DNA from: Calditrichia bacterium
GTDB lineage: Bacteria > Calditrichota > Calditrichia > RBG-13-44-9
Length of the DNA stretch: 40,018 bases
Direction of reading: 5' to 3'
Assembly: GCA_037381445.1 (NCBI GenBank)
Contig: JARRQT010000012.1
Coordinates: 1-40,018, forward strand
A program made the translations under genes and the position numbers. This document shows positions 9,097 through 19,135 of this stretch, in pieces; positions within the stretch are counted from its first letter, which is position 1; each line of letters starts with the position of its first letter. The notes below the pieces were generated by a model. It saw only the letters and a program-made list of their open reading frames with translations. It did no database searches and was not told where the DNA came from.

Positions 9097-10623
9097 ATGC
9101 ATTTTTCAGGAATAGATGTGGCGATCGTTCTGCTCTACATGATTGTTACGGCAGGAGTTGGATCATGGATCGGAAGGGGACAGAAAGATACGAATGATTA
9201 TTTTTTGGGGAAACGTCAGATTCCCTGGCTGGCTGTTTCGCTGAGCATTGTGGCAACCGAAACCAGCGTTTTGACCTTTATCAGTATCCCGGCGGTCTCC
9301 TATGGGGGAAATATGACCTTCCTCCAATTAACCTTCGGGTATGTCATCGGACGAATACTGGTGGCAATGCTCTTAATCCCGCAATATTTCCGGGGAGAAA
9401 TTTCCACGGCATATCATTTCCTGGGCGAGCGGTTCGGCCAGAAAATGCGCAATACGGCAAGCATCACCTTCATGGTCACACGGTTGCTGGCAGACGGTGT
9501 CCGCCTGTTTGCCACGGCAATCCCGTTAGCGCTTATCATCAAAGGAAGCGGTATTTTCAAATCCCTGTCGGATGTTGATTTCTATCTCATCTCAATTATT
9601 GCGATTGGCATATTTACCATGATTTACACTTATATCGGCGGAATACGCTCGGTTATCTGGATGGATGTGGTCCAGTTGATCATATATATCGGAGGCGCCC
9701 TGCTCGCAGCTGCACTGATTCTTAACCGCTTGCCCCACGGTCTGGAGTCGGCAATCGAGTGGGCTAAACCGGATGGCAAATTAAAGACATTCTATTTAGG
9801 TGCAAATCTGACGTTTAAGGAATTTATCAAACAGCCCTATGTGTTTATCACTGCTGTTTTGGGCGGGGCCGTTTTCAGCCTGGCTTCCCATGGCACGGAT
9901 CAGTTAATTGTTCAGAGAATATTGGCCTGCAAAAATATGCGGGCCAGCCAGAAGGCAATTGCACTCAGCGGGATTCTGGTTGTGCTGCAATTCTTTGTTT
10001 TCTTGCTGGTGGGAATATTCCTTTACGCCTATTATCAGGGAATGGGCTTGGAGCAGTTGAACTTAACTCGCGCCGACGGCATTTTCCCGAAATTTATTGT
10101 CGAGGAGATGCCGGTCGGGGTAAGCGGGCTTATTGTTGCAGCACTTTTTGCTGCCGCAATGAGCACCCTTGCCAGCAGCTTGTCCAGCCTTTCCAGTGCG
10201 ACAGTGCTGGATATCCTCGCTCCTCTGGCCGGCAAGAAAAAAACACCTGCCGAATTGCTGAAAATAAGCCGTTTTGTCACCCTGATCTGGGGAGTTGTTT
10301 TGATCGGAACTGCTTTTGCTTTCATCGGGATCAAGGGAGCTGTGGTGGAAATAGCGCTGGGCATCGCTTCGTATACTTACGGCGGACTTCTGGGCACATT
10401 TTTGTTGGGATTGTTTTTCAAAAATGTCACCCAACGGGATGCGATTATTGGTTTTGCGAGCGCGCTCGTCGTTATGACGCTCTTCATCCAGACCATACAA
10501 ATTGCCTGGCCCCTCTATACGGTCGTAGGCAGTTTTACCACAATTGTTATTGGCGTTTTGTCATATAGATTTCTGTTAAGATTTAATATCAACCTCAGGA
10601 GGATTCCATTTCTGAAATGGTAA
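9097..10623 (+). CDS. Sodium:solute symporter (SSS family), candidate MurNAc/amino-sugar importer
   Basis: Motifs DYFLG.R, SIVATETS..TF, GGIRSVIW.D..Q, GTDQLIVQR and AAAMSTL; many TM helices; located between nagZ and murQ. Confidence 0.9.
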   Translation: MHFSGIDVAIVLLYMIVTAGVGSWIGRGQKDTNDYFLGKRQIPWLAVSLSIVATETSVLTFISIPAVSYGGNMTFLQLTFGYVIGRILVAMLLIPQYFRGEISTAYHFLGERFGQKMRNTASITFMVTRLLADGVRLFATAIPLALIIKGSGIFKSLSDVDFYLISIIAIGIFTMIYTYIGGIRSVIWMDVVQLIIYIGGALLAAALILNRLPHGLESAIEWAKPDGKLKTFYLGANLTFKEFIKQPYVFITAVLGGAVFSLASHGTDQLIVQRILACKNMRASQKAIALSGILVVLQFFVFLLVGIFLYAYYQGMGLEQLNLTRADGIFPKFIVEEMPVGVSGLIVAALFAAAMSTLASSLSSLSSATVLDILAPLAGKKKTPAELLKISRFVTLIWGVVLIGTAFAFIGIKGAVVEIALGIASYTYGGLLGTFLLGLFFKNVTQRDAIIGFASALVVMTLFIQTIQIAWPLYTVVGSFTTIVIGVLSYRFLLRFNINLRRIPFLKW

Positions 10624-10691
10624 AATCTGATAAGTGAATTGGGAGGCCCAGTGCCTGTTGTGAATTGCGAAAGATTAATGTGGAGAGATTG

Positions 10692-11609
10692 ATGCTAGAT
10701 GATGTGTTCAATGAAATCAAAGATTTGATTACCGAAGCGCGAAACCCGGCTTCCGAAAATATTGATGCGAAAAGTACCGAAGAAATACTTCAGATAATTA
10801 ACCGTGAAGATCAGACTGTCCCCAAGGCTGTGGGAAAAGAGATTCAATATATAGCACAGGCAGTTGATTTACTTGTAGATGTCTTTAAAAAAGGCGGCCG
10901 TCTCTTTTACATAGGAGCAGGAACCAGCGGGCGCCTGGGAGTATTGGATGCGGCGGAATGCCCGCCCACATTTGGCACTGATCCGAAAATGATTCAGGGA
11001 ATTATTGCGGGCGGCAAAAATGCATTGATAAGGGCCCAAGAAGGATCCGAAGATCTGGCGGAGAACGGCGTGAAAGATTTATTGGACAAAGGTTTTACAA
11101 AAAATGATGTGGCGTGCGGGATCGCTGCCAGCTACCGGACGCCGTATGTTCTGGCTGCCATCAAAAAGGCCGGGGAAATGGGCGCCAAAACAATTTACGT
11201 AACCTGTAATCCGAGGTCAGAGATTGAATCAAAAATAAATGCAGATGTGGCTATTTGTCCGGTGGTTGGGCCCGAAGTGGTCATGGGATCCACCCGGATG
11301 AAAGCCGGTACCGCCACAAAACTTGTTTTGAATATGCTGACAACTGCTGCGATGATTCGTATGGGCAAGGTGTATGGCAACATGATGGTAGATTTGATGA
11401 TGACCTCCCGTAAGCTGGAGGAGCGCTCCAAACGTACGGTGATGATGGTAACCGGTGTCGATTACGAAGAAGCTTCCAGGGTCCTGCACAACGCATTGGG
11501 GCATGTGAAGACCGCCCTGGTTATGATTCTTGCCAGTGTGGAGGCTGAAGAGGCCCGCAAACGATTAGGTGAATCCGATGGACTGGTACGGAAAGCGATT
11601 TGCTCTTAA
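10692..11609 (+). CDS. murQ: N-acetylmuramic acid 6-phosphate etherase
   Basis: TEARNP, GAGTSGRLGVLDAAECPPTF, EGSED and GPEVVMGSTRMKAGTATK. ATG 10692 follows GGAGAG; the ORF track starts at 10665. Confidence 0.96.
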   Translation: MLDDVFNEIKDLITEARNPASENIDAKSTEEILQIINREDQTVPKAVGKEIQYIAQAVDLLVDVFKKGGRLFYIGAGTSGRLGVLDAAECPPTFGTDPKMIQGIIAGGKNALIRAQEGSEDLAENGVKDLLDKGFTKNDVACGIAASYRTPYVLAAIKKAGEMGAKTIYVTCNPRSEIESKINADVAICPVVGPEVVMGSTRMKAGTATKLVLNMLTTAAMIRMGKVYGNMMVDLMMTSRKLEERSKRTVMMVTGVDYEEASRVLHNALGHVKTALVMILASVEAEEARKRLGESDGLVRKAICS

Positions 11610-11848
11610 ACCTGTTCATTAAGATAAGCTGGGATTGATACGTCATGATGGCTTTGAACAAACGGTCTATCAAAATAATTGAGCAAGGTGAGAATTGCCT
11701 GGATGAATCAAAAATGGCTCTTTTAACCGAATTAAAAAGCAGAGTATGCAAAATAGTCATTATTAATGGATTCGCTGTAAAGAAAGGATAAATTCCTGAA
11801 ATGTATATTTTTGCAGTTACATTCTAAATTTTTTAGGAGTAATTACTT

Positions 11849-14800
11849 ATGCAAGCCGTAAAATATACAATTATTTTTTTGATTTTAATTTTTGCTCTCT
11901 TTTCTGTGCTTTCCGCAGGTACGACCGGGAAAATCACGGGAATCGTTGAAGACGGCAGCTCCGGTGAACCTCTGCCGGGTGTGAATGTGGTTGTTGAGGG
12001 GACCAATATGGGCGCTGCCACTGATCTTGACGGTTATTATACCATTCTGAATGTTCCCCCGGGAAGTTATACCCTCAGCTTCAGCATGGTGGGATATACC
12101 ACCAGCAATGTGACTGATGTGCGTATCAATATCGATCAGACCACCACAATTAAAGTGAAGATGAAGGAAGAGGCGCTGGATCTGGGAGAAACGATTACGG
12201 TTGTGGCTTCCCGGCCGGTAGTGGAAAAGGATGTGGCAGCCAGCCGCGCCAATATCAGCAGTGAAGATATCAAAGCCGTGCCGGTGGTCAGCATATCGAA
12301 TGTGGTCGGTTTGCAGGCTGGCATCGAAGACCTTTCCATCCGTGGCGGAAATTCCAATGAAGTCGCATTCGTTGTAGACGGATTAACACTCCGGGATGAA
12401 CGAAATAATTCTCCTTTTACGGCCATCAGTCTGACCTCTGTGGATGAAATTCAGGTGCAGGCGGGGGGATTCAGTGCTGAGTACGGCAATATCCGATCGG
12501 GAATCATCAATGTGGTGACAAAAGAGGGGAGCCGTAACCGGTATAATTTTGCATTCCTGGGAAGATATCATCCGCCCTCACCCAAGCATTTCGGACCCTC
12601 CCCCAACTCACCCGAATCCTACTGGATTCGGCCGTTTGTTGATGACGCGGTGGCCTGGACCGGTACCAGAAACGGCGGATGGGACATATATACCCAGCGC
12701 CAGTATCCGGAATTTAAGGGATGGAATGCTATCTCCGAAGAAACACTGCAGAATTCAGATCCCAACGACGATCTGACGCCGGCGGCGGCACAGCAGCTTT
12801 TCCTGTTTCAACACCGCCGTCAACTGGATATTCAGGTTCCTGATTATACCGCCGATGCAAGTTTTGGCGGACCCGTTCCGTTTATCAGCAGATCACTGGG
12901 TAATCTGCGGTTCTTCACTTCCTATCGCCGCAATCAGATGGCCTATCTCATTCCGCTGTATTATGATTCCAATAATGATTACACATGGCAGACCAAATTA
13001 ACCTCCGATGTGGGCAACGGAAAGAAACTGATGTTTACCTCCCTGATAGGACGTGAGACAGGAGTGGACCTTTACAACAGCGGCGCCCCCGGAATGTTTA
13101 CAACGTCCTCGCAGATTGGCGATGCGCTAAGCATGGGCCCCAAATATATCGACGCGCGCATGTTCAATACCGATTATTGGGGACCGGCCAGTACCGACTA
13201 TCTGGGCTTCGGATTGAAATGGACGCACGTTTTGAGCGACCGCACATTCTATGAAACGAGTTTTAATACTTTCAGGTCGAAATATGATAAAGGACTAGGC
13301 ACAGCCCGGGACAATACGCTACGATATAAATTCGGAAACAATTATTATGTCGATGAGGCGCCTTTTGGGTTTGAATCCGCCTCGGTCGCAGGCATAGATG
13401 GCATGCGCATGGGAGCCGGCATGAGCAATGCCCGGGACAGCAGCGTGGTGACCAATTATCAGTTAAGAGCGGATTTTACGAGTCAGATTGACCGCCGAAA
13501 TAAGGTAAAAGTGGGCGGAGAATTTGTCGTTACCCGCAGCCAGGTCAATTATGCGCGTTATGATGAATATCTGCCCCGGAACAATACGCAAACCAAATGG
13601 GACAAAACGCCGTTGCGCGGAGCTTTGTATGTTGAGGATAAACTGGAATACGAAGGGATGATTGCGAGCCTTGGCCTCAGAATGGATTACTCACATGCAG
13701 GTGGAGATTGGTATAACTTTGATGCAAATCCCTATAGCGAAGCGTTAAGCGGAACTTATATCGGCGGAATAGATACGCTACTGGAAAAGAGCCCAACCAA
13801 ACATATCTTTACGTTCAGTCCCCGTCTGGCCATTGCATTTCCCGTGACCGAGAACAGCAAACTCTATTTTAATTATGGACACTTTCGTCAAATGCCCATA
13901 CCGGATGATCTGTATTTGATCCGGACCTCAGCCTATACGGGGCAGATTACCAGAATCGGAAATCCCAATGGTGAATTGGAAAAGACAGTGGCCTATGAAT
14001 TGGGTTATGAGCATAATCTTTTCGACCGATTTCTGGTCAGGGCAGCAGGTTATTACAAGGATATAACCCTTCAGCCCCAACTGGTAACCTATGAAAATTT
14101 TGACGGTTCCGTCAGCTACGACCGGGCCGATCCTACCAATTACGAAGACATCCGGGGATTTGAAATTACCGTGAACAAAAACCGCGGCAAATGGATACGC
14201 GGCTTTATAAATTATACCTATATGGTTTCGACATATGGTTATTTTGGATACGGATTTTATTCCCAGAATCCTGCCGAGCAGAGACAATATGAAATAACCA
14301 CTGACTATTACTATCAAAACAAGCCAAAACCCAGGCCTTACGCGCGGGCCAACGTAGACTTCCTGACACCTCCCGGCTACGGACCCCAGTTCGCCGGATT
14401 TCATCCCATTGCTGATCTGCGGTTAAATATTTTGGGCAATTGGAAAACCGGACGCTATTATACCTGGGCCGGGGGAGGGAGTATTCCCGGACTATACGCC
14501 AATGTGCAATGGAGTGATTATCTGAATGTCGATATAAGATTGAGTAAGACTTTCCGGCTGCGTAATTTCGGAAATCTTGAATTTTTCATGGATATTAACA
14601 ACCTTACCAATTACAAATACATGACAGATTATGGTTTTGTGGATTCCAACGACCGCTACGATTATTTTAAATCCCTGCATCTGTCCTCTTCCACGGAAGG
14701 CATCGACCAATTCGGATATTTCAATATCCCCGGAGATGATCATCCCGGGGATTACCGGAAGGATGGTGTCGACTTTGTTCCAATCGTTGTTATCGGGAGC

Positions 14801-15022
14801 GGCGATGATAAGGATCGCAGCGAAAATTATCTGTATTATAACCGCGATACAGGAAATTATTATTGGTGGGATTCCCAGGGCCAGAAATTTTATGAGGATA
14901 AGAATCGGACCAGTAATGTTATGGATGACAAGGCATACATTGATATGCCCAATCTGCAGTATCTGGCATTCTTGAATCCCAGGAATTATTTCTGGGGCGT
15001 CAGAATATCCTTTGATCTATAA
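11849..15022 (+). CDS. TonB-dependent receptor 1 (CarboxypepD_reg-like N-domain, plug, beta-barrel)
   Basis: AGGAG RBS; signal peptide then GTTGKITG; PLPGVNV...GAATDLDGYY; IRGG; plug motif GGFSAEYGN..SGIINVVTK; SPRLAIAFPVT; C-terminal strand NPRNYFWGVRISFDL. Confidence 0.93.
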   Translation: MQAVKYTIIFLILIFALFSVLSAGTTGKITGIVEDGSSGEPLPGVNVVVEGTNMGAATDLDGYYTILNVPPGSYTLSFSMVGYTTSNVTDVRINIDQTTTIKVKMKEEALDLGETITVVASRPVVEKDVAASRANISSEDIKAVPVVSISNVVGLQAGIEDLSIRGGNSNEVAFVVDGLTLRDERNNSPFTAISLTSVDEIQVQAGGFSAEYGNIRSGIINVVTKEGSRNRYNFAFLGRYHPPSPKHFGPSPNSPESYWIRPFVDDAVAWTGTRNGGWDIYTQRQYPEFKGWNAISEETLQNSDPNDDLTPAAAQQLFLFQHRRQLDIQVPDYTADASFGGPVPFISRSLGNLRFFTSYRRNQMAYLIPLYYDSNNDYTWQTKLTSDVGNGKKLMFTSLIGRETGVDLYNSGAPGMFTTSSQIGDALSMGPKYIDARMFNTDYWGPASTDYLGFGLKWTHVLSDRTFYETSFNTFRSKYDKGLGTARDNTLRYKFGNNYYVDEAPFGFESASVAGIDGMRMGAGMSNARDSSVVTNYQLRADFTSQIDRRNKVKVGGEFVVTRSQVNYARYDEYLPRNNTQTKWDKTPLRGALYVEDKLEYEGMIASLGLRMDYSHAGGDWYNFDANPYSEALSGTYIGGIDTLLEKSPTKHIFTFSPRLAIAFPVTENSKLYFNYGHFRQMPIPDDLYLIRTSAYTGQITRIGNPNGELEKTVAYELGYEHNLFDRFLVRAAGYYKDITLQPQLVTYENFDGSVSYDRADPTNYEDIRGFEITVNKNRGKWIRGFINYTYMVSTYGYFGYGFYSQNPAEQRQYEITTDYYYQNKPKPRPYARANVDFLTPPGYGPQFAGFHPIADLRLNILGNWKTGRYYTWAGGGSIPGLYANVQWSDYLNVDIRLSKTFRLRNFGNLEFFMDINNLTNYKYMTDYGFVDSNDRYDYFKSLHLSSSTEGIDQFGYFNIPGDDHPGDYRKDGVDFVPIVVIGSGDDKDRSENYLYYNRDTGNYYWWDSQGQKFYEDKNRTSNVMDDKAYIDMPNLQYLAFLNPRNYFWGVRISFDL

Positions 15023-15043
15023 AAACTAGATGGGGTTTTAAGT

Positions 15044-15890
15044 ATGAGAAAAATAATCATTTTTTCAATTCTTGTCGCATTAGCAATTTTTCAGGGGATT
15101 CGGGAATCTGGGGGCAAAAGCCAAATATGCCCTGTGGGCGCTATCCGGCACAGCCGAAACTGTCCCCACCGATATGATTTGTGATTTCACGGTTGATGAC
15201 CAGGGAAATATCTCCAATGATCTTTTCGATGTCAAACTTGGACTTATCCAGCAAACAAACACGCTGGTTATCTCTGTTGAGGAAAAAGACAGCCTCCCCT
15301 CCGAGGCGAGCAATTATCGCATTATTGCCGCAAAATTGCGAGCCAATGTGGGGAATTTCTCAGTGGGAGATGATTACCTGCTTGGAAAGGATCTCAGTAC
15401 GGTCACAGCCCATTACCAGGTGGTTAAGGCTGAAGGATCGGATGCCGTCAGAGGCATTTGGTTCATGGTGGGCGATACCCTGAAGGAAGCCGGAATGGAT
15501 TTGCCTGATATTTCAATTTCCGGCTGGAGGTATGAATCTTTTGCTGTGGTCAACAGCGATACTTTTTCCATGGGAACTTTTTCCTCTCCCGCCGGACCGG
15601 ATAGAAGGAATGATTACGGAGATGGTCTGCAGGAATACCCCTTCCCGGGCGAAAATTTCCTGACAGATCCCGCAACCGGCCAGGATCTAAATCTGGATTT
15701 GCGCGGCGCCGAAATTATTGTGAAGATCATTCCTCCGTTTCCCGGATATTCGAATAAGATCTTCAATCTGGAAATATTTAAGGGAACTGTTCCGAATGAT
15801 GCCGCAGAAAATACGGATTATCAGCTCGAAAATAATAATGCGACATTTCCGGGCGGGACCGCGAAGTTGATCGTCAAACTTTATGAATAA
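15044..15890 (+). pseudogene. Frameshifted putative (lipo)protein of an uncharacterised family often mis-annotated as 'anti-sigma factor'; main ORF 15174..15890
   Basis: ATG 15044 gives the signal-like MRKIIIFSILVALAIFQG and that frame stops at 15182-15184. The +1 frame is open from 15084 and reads FGNLGAKAKYALW...LPD...GWRYE...GTF...PFPGENFL, a pattern I associate with that family from memory. Confidence 0.7.
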
Positions 15891-15918
15891 TCTAAATAAA
15901 AATTCTGTAACGAGGAAA

Positions 15919-18057
15919 ATGATGAGTATAAAGCAATTTAATCGGAATTTTATAAAACTGCTTTTGGCGTTGTTTGTGCTCAGCCTGCCAAATTTTTTGC
16001 AGGCCCAGCGCTACAAATGGATGGCTGCCGGTTCCCTGCATAACTGGTATTCCGAAATTGGTTGTGAAGTGGAAGAAGCCCGCTCTGCTTCTGCCAACCA
16101 GCAGGATGGATTGATCTGGCCGGCAAATTTACCCTATCAGGACAGCCAGGCTGCAAAAGGATTCTGGATCGGATGCAAAAACTTCACGGACGAACGCGGA
16201 GAATCTTACGAATACAAGGTTGTTACGGCAGGACCGCGATCAAAGGGATTCGGGGAATTCTTTCCGACTGAGTTCAAAATGTACAGCCGCTTCGAGCTGC
16301 CCAAGGTATTTGTGGATGATGTGCTCTCCTATGGAAAGAATATTGAAGTGGATGCCGTCGATCCGACCATGCCTGCGACAATGATGATCGTGAATAAGGC
16401 AAATACCCTGATCGGCCTCTCCATGGAGCGGAAAATCATGCAATTCAGCATTCCCGGGCATGACAATTATATAGTCCAGGAATACGTGTTCACCAATACC
16501 GGCAACACGGATGATGACGAAGAGATAGAACTGCCTGATAACACGCTGACAGATGTCTGGTTCTTCTGGCAGTATCGCTGGGCGCCCTCGCAGCAGCCCC
16601 GGTATGTTATTGGAAACGGCACCGGTTGGGGAATGAATACAATGCTTGATGCAAGGGGAGACGGTGCGGATAATGAACAGCTTTATGGCGACCCTGCTGA
16701 CGAAACTGACTATATGGGACACAAGATCCGGGCACAGTTCGCGTGGCATGGCTATTTTCCGGATAAAGTAGTGAACTACGATAATATCGGTGCTCCCATC
16801 TGGCTGCCTTTTGCGCCGTATGTGGCGGATTATGATACCATTGGACGACTGGGCGCCCCGCAGTTTGTTGGTCTTTTAACCTTATATGCCGATGAATCCG
16901 CCACGGACAAGGTTGACGATCCCGGGCAGCCCCGTACAACTGGCTGGTATGGGTCAGATTTGCCGGAAAACGGCGCGAACAGCGATCCCTATAATGTGGC
17001 CGAGATGCAGAAAAGATATGATTGGATGGAGATGGGGCACTTTTCCCCGCGTCATGCCTGGGCCGTTGTTCCCTCCGGTGAATTTGCAAAACAGACCAAA
17101 GGCGCCAATATTGATATGGGACCACCCAAAGCAGGTGCGCCCGGCGGTTTTTCAGCGGGGAATGGTTATGGCCCGTATACCATTGGTCCGGGTGAAAGTG
17201 TTCGTATTGTCATGGCGGAAGCTGTCAATGGACTGAGCACTGAAAAATGTATTGAGTATGGTGTGCAGTATAAGCAGGGCCAGATAACAGCGCTTCAGAA
17301 AAATAATCTTGTTTTAACCGGAAAAGATTCGTTATTCAAAACTTTTCATAATGCTATCGAAAATTACTGGTCAGACTATCAGGTTGAACGGCCTCCCAAA
17401 CCGCCGAAGGTATTTAGAATCGATGGAGGAGGAAACAGGATTTCCCTGAACTGGGAGGTCTTTGACACTGAAAATCTGGCCGGCTTCAGAATCTACAGAA
17501 TGCGCGGTGAATATAATAACCCGCTGCAGGAGCCGACCCTCATCTATGAAGCAAACGCCAATGAGAGAAGCTATGATGATTTTACGGCGGTGCGCGGCGT
17601 CGCGTACTATTATTACATTGAGGCGGTGGGCCAGAATGGTCTGACCAGCAGCCGTTTCTTCACCCAATCCTATGATCCTACATTTTTGAAAAGGCCGCAG
17701 GGAGAAAAGTTGAACGCGATACGCGTGGTGCCCAATCCCTTTATACTTTCCTCTTCTGAAGGGCGCCTGAGATTTATTGGCGGGAGGGAGTCCGATAAGC
17801 TGGCATTTTTTAACATTCCCGGACAGTGCCGGATCAAAATTTACACCGAAACAGGAGAATTGATCAAGACGATTGAACATACCGATGGGAGTGGTGATGA
17901 GTACTGGTATGCCACAACTTCTTCAAATCAGGTGGTAGTGAGCGGCGTCTACATCGCACACATTGAAGTCACGGAGAATATTCGCGATGACCTCACCGGC
18001 GAACTTATGTTCAGAAAAGGTGAAAGCAAAATCTTGAAATTCGTTGTAATTCGTTAA
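15919..18057 (+). CDS. Secreted protein A1: unknown N-terminal domain, FN3-like domain and variant T9SS-type CTD
   Basis: Signal peptide ending FLQA; FN3-like segment PPKPP..ISLNW..GFRIYR..YYYYIEA; CTD IRVVPNPF...SGVYI...KFVVIR. GAGG precedes ATG 15919/15922; an alternative start is 15883. Confidence 0.8.
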   Translation: MMSIKQFNRNFIKLLLALFVLSLPNFLQAQRYKWMAAGSLHNWYSEIGCEVEEARSASANQQDGLIWPANLPYQDSQAAKGFWIGCKNFTDERGESYEYKVVTAGPRSKGFGEFFPTEFKMYSRFELPKVFVDDVLSYGKNIEVDAVDPTMPATMMIVNKANTLIGLSMERKIMQFSIPGHDNYIVQEYVFTNTGNTDDDEEIELPDNTLTDVWFFWQYRWAPSQQPRYVIGNGTGWGMNTMLDARGDGADNEQLYGDPADETDYMGHKIRAQFAWHGYFPDKVVNYDNIGAPIWLPFAPYVADYDTIGRLGAPQFVGLLTLYADESATDKVDDPGQPRTTGWYGSDLPENGANSDPYNVAEMQKRYDWMEMGHFSPRHAWAVVPSGEFAKQTKGANIDMGPPKAGAPGGFSAGNGYGPYTIGPGESVRIVMAEAVNGLSTEKCIEYGVQYKQGQITALQKNNLVLTGKDSLFKTFHNAIENYWSDYQVERPPKPPKVFRIDGGGNRISLNWEVFDTENLAGFRIYRMRGEYNNPLQEPTLIYEANANERSYDDFTAVRGVAYYYYIEAVGQNGLTSSRFFTQSYDPTFLKRPQGEKLNAIRVVPNPFILSSSEGRLRFIGGRESDKLAFFNIPGQCRIKIYTETGELIKTIEHTDGSGDEYWYATTSSNQVVVSGVYIAHIEVTENIRDDLTGELMFRKGESKILKFVVIR

Positions 18058-18078
18058 TGAATAAAAATAGGTAGCTCA

Positions 18079-19095
18079 ATGAAAACGAATTTAAAATCAG
18101 GTATCATACTGCTCATCCTAATTTTACTGGGAGCAGTCTCCTCATATTCTGCAGAATACAACAAGCTCGCGCAGACGGGACTCAAATTCCTCACTGTCCC
18201 CATGGATGCGCGGGCCAGCGCGATGGCGGGGGCGATGACATCCATGCCGGGTTCATCGAATTCTCTCTTTTTTAATCCGGCAGGCATGGCAGAACTGGAA
18301 TATGCAGGCGATTTTTCTCTGGGCCAGGTAAAATGGATCGGAGATATCAATTATGTATTCGGAAGTATTGCATTCCGACCGATGCAGGGACGCTTTGGGG
18401 TCCTTGGCCTGAGTCTGGTAAGTGTGGATTATGGAGAAATGTATAATACCATCCTGGCTGACAACGAGCAGGGATTTCTGGAGCTCGGCGAGTTCAGGCC
18501 TACCGCGTATGCACTCGGCCTGGGTTACGCCAAGGCTTTAACCGACAGATTCTGGGTAGGCGGACAAGCCAAATATGTATTCCAGAGCCTGGGCAGCGGC
18601 ATCACAGGATTCCAGTCTGATCAAACCCAGATAACCCGGAATTTCGAAGTCAATGTAATGGCATTTGATTTCGGTGTTTTGTACCGCACTGGCTTTAAAA
18701 GCCTGAATTTCGGTATGAGCGTCAGGAATTTTGCCAAAGAAATCACATACATTCAGGAATCATTTCAACTGCCCCTCACTTTCAAAATGGGGGTTTCCAT
18801 GAACGTATTGGATTTGTATAATATCTCATCCGAAAGGCACAGACTGTATTTATCGGTGGATGCCGTTCATCCCCGGGACTTCACAGAACAGCTCAATTTT
18901 GGGGTAGAATATACTTTGCTGGGTGCCCTGGCATTGCGGGCCGGGTATACTTCACCAACAGATGAACAGGGTATCAACCTGGGTGCCGGCTTCTATCAGA
19001 GCCTTTCCAATTTTGGTTTGCACATCGATTATTCATATACTGATTTTGGCGTGTTTAATGAAGTGCATCGATTTACCTTTGATTTCAGCTTTTAA
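18079..19095 (+). CDS. PorV/PorQ-like (FadL-type) outer-membrane beta-barrel 1
   Basis: KLAQTGLKFLTVPMDARASAMAGA...FFNPAG matches the PorV-type N-terminal motif; amphipathic strands; terminal Phe. Confidence 0.87.
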   Translation: MKTNLKSGIILLILILLGAVSSYSAEYNKLAQTGLKFLTVPMDARASAMAGAMTSMPGSSNSLFFNPAGMAELEYAGDFSLGQVKWIGDINYVFGSIAFRPMQGRFGVLGLSLVSVDYGEMYNTILADNEQGFLELGEFRPTAYALGLGYAKALTDRFWVGGQAKYVFQSLGSGITGFQSDQTQITRNFEVNVMAFDFGVLYRTGFKSLNFGMSVRNFAKEITYIQESFQLPLTFKMGVSMNVLDLYNISSERHRLYLSVDAVHPRDFTEQLNFGVEYTLLGALALRAGYTSPTDEQGINLGAGFYQSLSNFGLHIDYSYTDFGVFNEVHRFTFDFSF

Positions 19096-19135
19096 AAGTA
19101 TGAAAAGCCATGAAAATTCACCAAGGGTGATTTCT

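Noticed and set aside
15174..15890. True anti-sigma factor
   Set aside because: There is no neighbouring ECF sigma gene and no cytoplasmic anti-sigma domain; an export signal lies upstream.
18923..19135. N-terminal extension of receptor 2 in the ORF track
   Set aside because: It overlaps the PorV-like gene; the signal peptide begins at ATG 19136.
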